Origin: a virus
Lineage: Duplodnaviria > Caudoviricetes
Strand: one strand, 5' to 3'
Length of the DNA: 64,000 nt
IMG/VR virus record: IMGVR_UViG_3300028914_000064
Span: 1 to 64,000 of that record
The notes below the pieces were generated by a model. It searched no databases. It was not told where the DNA came from and worked only from the letters and a program-made list of their open reading frames with translations. This document shows, one piece after another, positions 39,433-47,206 of this stretch. Within the stretch, counting starts at the first letter, position 1, and each line of letters starts with the position of its first letter. A program made the translations under genes and the position numbers.

Positions 39433-39946
39433 ACAATTATGTCAAGGGGTTCCAGGAACACTATCTTTTTTATTTAATGTAGCAACAAGGTATAAAAATT
39501 CGAATGAAAAGATAAAAGCTATATCAGGTTTTAGTCGTATGCTAGATAATAAGATAGTGGGTTCAAAACTATATATGTTATGGAATGATTGTCTTAATAG
39601 AGATATAGATAAAACAATATATGTAATGCTGCATGATTCTATAGATGAGATTAATAGGCATATCAATTTTGAAAGCGGAAAAGGAATCCCCTATTTAAGT
39701 AATGAACCAAAACCATATATCAAAGAACATGATGAATGGTGGATCTTTACATTTTTAAATGGTGATTCTGAAAAGGTTGGAAAATGTATAAAAATTAGAG
39801 GAACTTATGGCGAAGCTAGAAATAAAATGGTAAGTCGTTATGGAACTTATTTTGGGTTTCAATATAGTGAAAAAGAATGGGCAGAAAAATGGAATGATCC
39901 CAATAGGGATTATCAAATGGAAGATATTTTAGAGATTATAAAATAA
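39404..39946 (+). CDS. Hypothetical protein
   Basis: GSKLYMLWNDC motif; probable start at MNNFL. Confidence 0.6.
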   Translation: MNNFLIIYAEQLCQGVPGTLSFLFNVATRYKNSNEKIKAISGFSRMLDNKIVGSKLYMLWNDCLNRDIDKTIYVMLHDSIDEINRHINFESGKGIPYLSNEPKPYIKEHDEWWIFTFLNGDSEKVGKCIKIRGTYGEARNKMVSRYGTYFGFQYSEKEWAEKWNDPNRDYQMEDILEIIK

Positions 39947-40013
39947 AACATTTCATAAAAAAAAGAACAATATATATTCCTAAAATCAAACTAGAAAAAG
40001 GGGCAAGAAAAAT

Positions 40014-40415
40014 ATGAGTGGTTTATATAATCTGATATATGGATATAATCCGGCATGTGTTCTATTCCTTCCTATGCTTGGTAGAAAATACGATGAATAT
40101 CCAAGATTTAGAGATTGTTTTATTTTTAAAGAAGATAATAAATATTATATTGATGTTTATACAAGAGTTGGCAGTTGTTATCATAATCAAGGTTATGGGG
40201 AAGAATTATTGTATGAAGATGAAAATTTTGTAAAGACATTTGATGATGACTTTGATCCAACTTATGCTACTTTCAGATTTAATATTCCAAAAAAATGGGA
40301 AAAAGATTTTAGTCTTTTAATCAATGGAAAGAAAGAAGGCTTATCAAAAGAATATTTTATTGAATTAAAGAAACATTATTCTGAGGAATTAATAAGCAAG
40401 TTTTTCCAAAAGTGA
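40014..40415 (+). CDS. Conserved phage hypothetical protein
   Basis: PRFRDCF...VYTRVG...DDDFDPTYATF. Confidence 0.65.
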   Translation: MSGLYNLIYGYNPACVLFLPMLGRKYDEYPRFRDCFIFKEDNKYYIDVYTRVGSCYHNQGYGEELLYEDENFVKTFDDDFDPTYATFRFNIPKKWEKDFSLLINGKKEGLSKEYFIELKKHYSEELISKFFQK

Positions 40416-40458
40416 GAAAATTGAGGAAGTTAAAGATGAATGTAGAAAGGTTATATAA

Positions 40459-40825
40459 ATGATAAAAAATGATAGTTATGAGAATTGGCTTTTAAATACA
40501 GAACATGGAATATATGATTGTACGAATAATGGTAAGTGTAGCGGATGTGGCGACTGTTGTAGCAATATTTTACCTATAACAAAAAAAGAGATTAATGAAA
40601 TAAAGAAATATATAAAAGATTATGGTATTAAAAAACAGGAACATAGATCCTTCTTTTTAAGTGCAGACACGATTGATAAAGTGTACGATTTATCCAGTTC
40701 GTCCTTCTATTTGTAGAATCTTTTTATGTTCTAACGCTGCAAAAAGAGAAATTCATTTAAGTGATGCAGGGAGAAAAAACGTTAATATGAATGAAGTGTT
40801 TTTTGTTGGGAGGATAAATAAATGA
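40459..40825 (+). pseudogene. YkgJ-like cysteine-cluster protein, frameshifted
   Basis: CSGCGDCC N-terminal half; KCTIYPVRPSICRIFLC in another frame after about 40678. Confidence 0.7.
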
Positions 40826-41127
40826 CATTTGATGAATTTATGGCAAAATATGAAGATCGTTTAAAAGATATATGCAAACCCAAACCAGCAAGTGTTTTTT
40901 ATGAATTGGATGAAAAAGGAGGTATGCATACTAGAATGAAAGGAAGAAATATAGATATTCAATTTGTAGTAGCTATAATAATAAAAGACCTTGTAAAAGA
41001 TTGTAATTTAACTTATGATGAGTATTTTGGTTTGGTAAAAGAATTATCTCGTCATATGAATGATGAAAAAAAAGAAGAGAATAATTCAACTTTTAATAAA
41101 ATGTTTAAAGATTTTTTCGCAAAATAG
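40822..41127 (+). CDS. Hypothetical protein (paralogue of 42710-43078)
   Basis: Shared KPA..Y..DE.G....KGRN.....VA.II.D motif. Confidence 0.65.
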   Translation: MTFDEFMAKYEDRLKDICKPKPASVFYELDEKGGMHTRMKGRNIDIQFVVAIIIKDLVKDCNLTYDEYFGLVKELSRHMNDEKKEENNSTFNKMFKDFFAK

Positions 41128-41133
41128 CAAAAT
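41115..41133 (+). other. Remote shufflon crossover site 5
   Basis: TTTCGCAAAATAGCAAAAT; 16/19 identical to site 2. Confidence 0.75.
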
Positions 41134-41437
41134 CAATGCCGAGTGTATCGGCTGGAACACAACGGCTAAAGATGTAACATCTTATTCCTTCACAACTTCA
41201 ACCACTTGGGCGGCGCCGTATAATGGATATTTTTGCATCCAAGTAGCTTCAAACACCGACACTCAACATGATGTTAGTATAACTTGCGGTAATAAACAGG
41301 TAGCGGGTCAATATTTCGTATATAAATATCAAAAACTGATGGCATATCTGCCATTAAGAAAAGGAACGGGGCTAGTAATCACAGGTAATGTCGATATTCT
41401 TATGATAACTTGTATGACGGGCGTTTTTAATCCGTAA
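41126..41437 (+). CDS. Start-less tail-fibre tip cassette E
   Basis: SKINAECIGW...WAAPYNGYF...LPLRKG fibre-tip pattern. Confidence 0.7.
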   Translation, partial: SKINAECIGWNTTAKDVTSYSFTTSTTWAAPYNGYFCIQVASNTDTQHDVSITCGNKQVAGQYFVYKYQKLMAYLPLRKGTGLVITGNVDILMITCMTGVFNP

Positions 41438-41439
41438 AA

Positions 41440-41733
41440 TCAATAACTGAATGGATAAAAGATAGCGGTCGCACCAGAGTCAATTCTTGTAGTCTTAAGC
41501 TTGGTTCCTTTTTTAACGTATATGGCAGAACCTGAACCTAAGTTATTAACTGGCGTTACTTCAAAAACGTTAAACATAAAGGCACTATTTTTATCATAAA
41601 ATTCAACTACCACAGCCGTACCAGCGCCAGCGCCTCCCGCTATTTTCACATAGCCATCAGAAGTTGTTGTATACAGAACGTTTAAATCAAGGGCTACCGC
41701 GGTTCCTTTCGCTCCAGCGTTTGCCAATTTGCT
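41440..41733 (-). CDS. Start-less tail-fibre tip cassette F
   Basis: SKLANAGAKG...YTTTSDGYV...IYVKKG...FYPF. Confidence 0.72.
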   Translation of the reverse strand, partial: SKLANAGAKGTAVALDLNVLYTTTSDGYVKIAGGAGAGTAVVVEFYDKNSAFMFNVFEVTPVNNLGSGSAIYVKKGTKLKTTRIDSGATAIFYPFSY

Positions 41734-41744
41734 AAATGACGAAA
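41726..41744 (-). other. Remote shufflon crossover site 6
   Basis: Minus strand TTTCGTCATTTAGCAAATT. Confidence 0.72.
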
Positions 41745-42069
41745 TAAAAAGAGTATGTGATAAATGGAAAAATTTATATCAATGACTTCAAATAAATATA
41801 AAAATATTGACAAAGTTATTCCAAGTATTTACGGAAAAAAGAGACAAAAGATTTTTTATTTAAGTTTAACAACATATAGTTTAATTCCGGTTGATAATAA
41901 AATATCTTATATTACAGGAAAGGTGATTAAATTTAGAGATATATAGTACTTTCATATAAAGAAATTTTTTATAAGTACTCTTCTCTCCTCTTTTCTATTT
42001 TTATAACAAAGAAAGTAAAAAATAGGCTTATAGTATACTGTTACGCTATAAAAAATGGGAGGTAAAAAA

Positions 42070-42249
42070 ATGGCTAAAATATGTGATGATAGATGTGAAA
42101 ATTGTCTATATATTTGTGAAGGTGACTTTATATGTACAGAGATCAATGAGCTTGTGATAGTTGATTGGGTTCCGATTTATGGAACTTGTATTAAGCATAA
42201 AAAAAGAAACCTTTTTAATGATTTAAAGAAAAAAGCGGCCAAAGGATGA
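42070..42249 (+). CDS. Small Cys-rich protein
   Basis: GGAGG RBS; CDDRCENCLYICEGDFIC. Confidence 0.6.
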   Translation: MAKICDDRCENCLYICEGDFICTEINELVIVDWVPIYGTCIKHKKRNLFNDLKKKAAKG

Positions 42250-42665
42250 TTATTATGCGTTCAAAAAGATTTAAAGAAGCAATGAAGGCTGAAGCAATAA
42301 AACGGATGCAAAGACTTGGAATATCTAATGAAGTTATTACTATCTTTAAATCTGAAAATAAATTGCTTTGTTCATATCATGTAGTACAAGTAGATGTTCC
42401 ATCTGAAATAATATCGGAACTTCAAAATTGGGAAAAAGAATCTGGGAATATAATCTATCATGTTGTTTATAGTAGATTATTTGGTTATGAAATTTACAAT
42501 GCATTAATAGTCTCTAAATATATTGAAGATTGGGATTATGAAACAATTATGATAGATAAAGGAAGGACAATGGCTTATACAATAAACGTTTCTAAACCAG
42601 ATTATTCAGAATTAGGAACGATTATTCTTGAAAATCATCATGGAGTATTACAGAGAACATATTGA
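42246..42665 (+). CDS. Hypothetical protein
   Basis: Coupled ORF. Confidence 0.6.
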   Translation: MIIMRSKRFKEAMKAEAIKRMQRLGISNEVITIFKSENKLLCSYHVVQVDVPSEIISELQNWEKESGNIIYHVVYSRLFGYEIYNALIVSKYIEDWDYETIMIDKGRTMAYTINVSKPDYSELGTIILENHHGVLQRTY

Positions 42666-42709
42666 TTAAATTATTTCTATAATAATAAAAAAAATATGGA
42701 GGAATTGTT

Positions 42710-43078
42710 ATGAAGGATGATTTTGAATTTGAATTAATAAAAGCTGAATTACTTGATGCTTTTTTTGAACAACTTACTAATGTTAAACCAGCTAAAATAG
42801 AATATAGTGTAGATGAACATGGTGTAGTTAAAGGGTATATAAAAGGAAGAAATGCTGAATTACTGCTACTTGTGGCGACAATTATTAGCGATAGAATAAA
42901 AAAAATAACGGAAGATATTGAGGGTTTTTCTGATACATATTTAAAACTTTTAAAAGAAATTATTTGTGTGCTTCAAGATTATAGTATGACTTTTGAAAAA
43001 TCTAATGAACAAAATAAAAAGAATGATGAGAATTCATTAAAAAAATTCAATGATATTTTTAAGGACTTGGATTTATAA
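42710..43078 (+). CDS. Hypothetical protein (paralogue of 40822-41127)
   Basis: RBS; shared motif. Confidence 0.65.
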   Translation: MKDDFEFELIKAELLDAFFEQLTNVKPAKIEYSVDEHGVVKGYIKGRNAELLLLVATIISDRIKKITEDIEGFSDTYLKLLKEIICVLQDYSMTFEKSNEQNKKNDENSLKKFNDIFKDLDL

Positions 43079-43292
43079 AAAAGGGAGGATTCTTTTCGAT
43101 GATAAGTCAGGATGAAGCAATTTTGATTGAAATTATGAGAGTAAATAGAAAAGAAATGGCTTTATTATATCTTGAACATTATGTTCAACGATTTGGGCCT
43201 CTTAGAAATGAAGTTGGGGATATAATTAAAAAGATTTTGGAAGAAAAAGAATAAGAAATAAATTTATAAAATATATTTAATGGGAGTTACTA

Positions 43293-44459
43293 ATGATTAA
43301 ATCTATGAAAGTAATGTTACTTCCTAACAACGTTCAAAAGACAAGGCTATTCCAACACGCAGGAGCGGCAAGATTTCTTTATAATTGGGCTCTTTCAATG
43401 GAAGAAAAGAATTATAAATTAGGCGGAAAATTCATATCATATTATGAGCTTGCAAAAGAACTTACAGAGCTTAAGAGAACAGATGAATATGCATGGCTTA
43501 ACGAAATATCAATCACAACATGCCAAAAGGCTATAAAAGATGCCTGTGATGCCTATTCTAACTTTTTTAAGAAAAGGGCAAAATTTCCCAAATATAAATC
43601 AAAGGATAAGACAAAACCAAGTTTCTTTCAGACAGACCAGGTTATAGAATTTACCGATACACATGTAAAGCTAAGTTGTTTGTCCCTTAGCAGGAAGGCA
43701 AATAGAAAACAATTAAACTGGGTAAGACTTGCAGAACATGGCAAGATACCAATAAATGTAAAGCATAGCAATCCGAGGATAACTTACGATGGTCTTAATT
43801 GGTGGATAAGCGTAGGGATAGAATATCCTGATAAGAATGTAAACTTATCTGAAGAAGGATTAGGTGTTGATCTAGGAATAAGGAACCTTGCTGTGTGTTC
43901 TGATGATAGCATTTATCCTAACATCAATAAGACCAAGGCGATCAAAGATTTAGAGAAGAGAAAACGAAGATTGCAACGAAGTATATCCAGGAAATATGAG
44001 ATGAACAAAAAGGGGGATGAATTTGTAAAGACAAAAAATATAATAAAAGATGAAAAAAAGTTATTAAAGATGCACCACAGGTTGAGTAATATTAGGAAAA
44101 ACTATTTACATCATACATCAAAAGAAATAGTTGAAAAGAATCCTAAATTCATCTGTATTGACGACCTAAATATTCAGAGCATGATGAAGAATAAATACCT
44201 TGCAAAAGCAATTCAGGAACAGTCACTTTATGAATTTTCAAGGCAGCTTGAATATAAGAGTAATTTCAAAGGAATCCAATTTATAAAAGCAGACAGGAAA
44301 TTTCCATCATCTAAGAAATGCAGTCAATGTGGCAGGATAAAGAAAGATTTAAAACCTTATCAAAAGACATATAAGTGTGAGTGTGGAAATGTTATTGATG
44401 TACATAAGCAAGCGGCGCTCAATCTTAAAACATATGGAGAAGAGAATATTGCAGAATAA
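43293..44459 (+). CDS. tnpB: IS607-type TnpB derivative with degenerate RuvC active site, CRISPR-associated
   Basis: MIKSMKVMLLPN..Q HTH start; RuvC-I GVDLG intact; RuvC-II CIDDLN (E to D); RuvC-III IDVHKQAALNL (DRD to DVH); zinc finger intact; no tnpA nearby. Confidence 0.85.
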   Translation: MIKSMKVMLLPNNVQKTRLFQHAGAARFLYNWALSMEEKNYKLGGKFISYYELAKELTELKRTDEYAWLNEISITTCQKAIKDACDAYSNFFKKRAKFPKYKSKDKTKPSFFQTDQVIEFTDTHVKLSCLSLSRKANRKQLNWVRLAEHGKIPINVKHSNPRITYDGLNWWISVGIEYPDKNVNLSEEGLGVDLGIRNLAVCSDDSIYPNINKTKAIKDLEKRKRRLQRSISRKYEMNKKGDEFVKTKNIIKDEKKLLKMHHRLSNIRKNYLHHTSKEIVEKNPKFICIDDLNIQSMMKNKYLAKAIQEQSLYEFSRQLEYKSNFKGIQFIKADRKFPSSKKCSQCGRIKKDLKPYQKTYKCECGNVIDVHKQAALNLKTYGEENIAE

Positions 44460-44466
44460 TATTATT

Positions 44467-44634
44467 GTACCGAAAGCTGGTTCGGGAATTTACGCCTATG
44501 GAGAGTACTTGAACTTGTTAGTAGACAGCACCATCGTCGAAAGCATACTCGATGAAATAGGAATGGATCATAAAAGTATATCTTTTTATAAGTATTCAGC
44601 CGGGATTTAGTCCCTTGCATCTTATGAATTTGAC
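44467..44634 (+). ncRNA. omegaRNA-like scaffold with 3' anti-repeat (tracrRNA-like)
   Basis: CCGAA-AGCTGG-TTCGG hairpin whose loop can pair with TCAGC (44596-44600); CCTAT/ATAGG and GAGTA/TACTC stems; 44613-44634 complementary to the CRISPR repeat. Confidence 0.7.
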
Positions 44635-44934
44635 CTTTTAGAAGTATGTAAATTTGCATGGGTGTAAAGCCAGTGACTTTCTTTGCTTTGTATCCAGTAT
44701 CTTTTAGAAGTATGTAAATTTGCATGGGTGTAAAGCAGAAAAGGCTGTCAGCTACGTTAAATCCATCTTTTAGAAGTATGTAAATTTGCATGGGTGTAAA
44801 GCTTACAGACATGTCACCTTGTTCATAAAGTTCTTTTAGAAGTATGTAATTTTATATGGGTGTAAAGCAAGAAGTCACATTGAAACTATATTCGGATACT
44901 TTTAGAAGCATGTGATTTTATATGGGTGTAAAGT
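44635..44934 (+). CRISPR. CRISPR array, 5 repeats of 36 nt and 4 spacers of 30 nt
   Basis: CTTTTAGAAGTATGTAAATTTGCATGGGTGTAAAGC at 44635, 44701 and 44767; degenerate copies at 44833 and 44899. Confidence 0.95.
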
Positions 44935-44957
44935 ATTGATGGCTATGTGAGGATTTC

Positions 44958-45215
44958 ATAGATGCAAAGCGTCTTTTTGAGAAAATAACTAAAAGGCGGG
45001 CAATAGATGCAAAGCCCTCTCGCTTGCTATGTAATGCGTGACTATTATGGATGCAAAGTTGAAGTGTTTCAGAGTTAAAAGAAATAAGCTTGGGAACAAA
45101 TTATTAGCAGATATTGCTTTTAGGAGCCAAAACACCAAACCTGTTATTGTATACCTCTAACAAGGCTCCTAAAAGCTTATCAAGATGCAAAGCTAGACTA
45201 TAATGGATTCAAAGT
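44958..45215 (+). repeat. Dispersed 13-nt mini-repeats (ATRGATGCAAAGY)
   Basis: Copies at 44958, 45003, 45047, 45181 and 45203. Confidence 0.7.
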
Positions 45216-45248
45216 GAGGAATGAAGCTTTTCAAACTAGGAGGGGAAA

Positions 45249-45431
45249 ATGGGGATAGAAGGACTTAAGTTAATAATATGCTTACTTAGCATAAATGTGA
45301 TGATTATAGCTTTTTTGATGTTAAAAACTATTCTATTGCAGAAACGAATGCTCAATATTATTGAAGATATTTTAAATAGACAAAAAAATATATTTAAAGA
45401 TTTTTTAGATATTGATAATGAAGGAAGTTAA
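45249..45431 (+). CDS. Small membrane protein
   Basis: GGAGG RBS; one transmembrane segment. Confidence 0.55.
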   Translation: MGIEGLKLIICLLSINVMIIAFLMLKTILLQKRMLNIIEDILNRQKNIFKDFLDIDNEGS

Positions 45432-45775
45432 AAAATAAATATAAGAAGAATTACTAAAAGGAGAAACGTATGGAAATTGATATAGAAAAAGCAATAGATA
45501 GTCTTTTAGAAACAAATGTTGATGAAATAACATATAGTATGGATATACAAAGAAACAAACAGAAATATAGTATTGAATTTACAATAAAAAAAGAAGCTAA
45601 CGAAAATTTGGATAAAACTGATTAGAAGAATTTATTTTATAATATGGATAATATTACTAACTTGAATAAAAATGGCTAATATGTTATGCTTTGATAAAGA
45701 AAAGGCGGCAACCCCGCTTAATCATTAGTTAGTTTTAAGAAATAAAACCGCCATGAATGACCAGTTCGGGGCGGT

Positions 45776-45856
45776 TTATTTCTTTATCTGAAGAACCAAT
45801 GTTATAACAGCCACAAGCATTATTACAAAAGTAAATAATTCCATATAAGTTACCAT
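45776..45856 (-). CDS. Type I toxin-like peptide (locus 4)
   Basis: GGAGGTG RBS; MVTYMELFTFVIMLVAVITLVLQIKK; AAAACCGCC...GGCGGTTT hairpin; AGGCGG/CCGCCT complementary ends. Confidence 0.7.
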   Translation of the reverse strand: MVTYMELFTFVIMLVAVITLVLQIKK

Positions 45857-46161
45857 TGGCATCACCTCCTCGCATACGCGAGGCTACCGCCTAAAAGATC
45901 ATATAATATACAAAAATATAAAAAGAAAACCTTTTATAATAAAAAAGTTTTCTTTTTATATATCTCTTTTCAATATTTCTGCAACATCATCAATATTTTT
46001 TTTTACAATAAATGGCGTTTTCATTCCTTCACAAAAAATATTTGTACATATAGATGGATTTCCATGTAAGAAGGATGGAGTAAGTCCATTTACATTCTTG
46101 GGATTTATGTATATATTATCAATTTTAATCAAGTTCACTTTATTTATTCTCCTTTATATGC

Positions 46162-46533
46162 TCATTTTAATATCTCTAATTCTTTATATGGTGCGTTCCA
46201 AAAATCTTTAGAGTAATGATGCTGATATTCCTTATTTTCCCCCATTACAACAACAATATTCTCTAATTCCATAACTTTTTCACTAGGAAACATCATCCTT
46301 CTAATATCCCCATTAGTCGCATTGTTGGGAATTGGTATTGCCTGAACCGTATAATAATCTAGTTCAAGTGTATTCCTAGCCCACTGCAAAGCCCATAAAT
46401 AGCCAATTTGTCCGCCATCTTTTACTGTTCCGCAAGGTTCATCCCTTTTTAGTTGTTTTGCAACAATATCCGCTGTAGTGTCGATATTGGCGCGCAATCT
46501 CTCCATGTATTCATCTGCGTTAATTACTCTCAT
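46162..46533 (-). CDS. Hypothetical phage protein
   Basis: MRxIxAD start; TNGD...FP...W.APYK motif. Confidence 0.6.
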   Translation of the reverse strand: MRVINADEYMERLRANIDTTADIVAKQLKRDEPCGTVKDGGQIGYLWALQWARNTLELDYYTVQAIPIPNNATNGDIRRMMFPSEKVMELENIVVVMGENKEYQHHYSKDFWNAPYKELEILK

Positions 46534-46815
46534 TCACTCACCTCCTTTGTATGGTTCGGGTGATTGCATCCAAGCTACTACATTTGCCCAGTATTCAAGT
46601 TCTCCAATCCAAATACCAAGCGTCATATATCCTTCTTTTACTGTGACTAAATATGTTCCGTATTTTTCAGGCAACCGCTCACTAATAGGAATCCATTCCG
46701 TCTGATTTAGTAGGTCAATAATCATTTTGCTTGCTTGATATGTTCCACTATTAGGAGCGAGTTCAATCGCTTTCATCATTTGTTCACAATGTTTTCTAAG
46801 ATCTTCTCTTGTCAT
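46534..46815 (-). CDS. DUF551-like phage protein
   Basis: WIPISERLPE...VVAWMQSPEPY. Confidence 0.7.
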   Translation of the reverse strand: MTREDLRKHCEQMMKAIELAPNSGTYQASKMIIDLLNQTEWIPISERLPEKYGTYLVTVKEGYMTLGIWIGELEYWANVVAWMQSPEPYKGGE

Positions 46816-47123
46816 TACTCTTCTTCCTTTTCTCCTAACAACTTAGCCATAATATCACAAAGTTCATGATAACTAATTACAAGTGCTCCTCCATCATATA
46901 GTTCTTCTGCATAATCGATTATTGCTATATCTTTGACTCGATTTCGAAGTTCATCGAAATAGGATTGGACTATTGCTAGTTTAACAGTTTCATTATTAGA
47001 AACACAGATGCCTTTTGATACTGCTTTCCATATTTTTTCACAATTAAGTAATGAAATATAGTTAGTATTGTTTTTTGCATCTTTTACCATATCATTGGGA
47101 ATATCAATAAGTATTTTTGCCAT
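46815..47123 (-). CDS. Hypothetical phage protein
   Basis: ORF in operon. Confidence 0.55.
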   Translation of the reverse strand: MAKILIDIPNDMVKDAKNNTNYISLLNCEKIWKAVSKGICVSNNETVKLAIVQSYFDELRNRVKDIAIIDYAEELYDGGALVISYHELCDIMAKLLGEKEEE

Positions 47124-47206
47124 TTCAAGTTCTCCTTTTTAAACTGATAAATCGTAAGGATTTATTTACTTCAACATATAAAAGAGAAAAGCAAAAAGAA
47201 TATAAG

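Noticed and set aside
41060-41125. ATG-started 125-aa version of cassette E
   Set aside because: The N-terminal part overlaps gene 40822-41127 out of frame and has no RBS; fibre-like sequence begins at the site
44462-44812. 116-aa minus-strand ORF with repeated FTPMQIYILLK
   Set aside because: Artefact of translating the 66-bp-period CRISPR array
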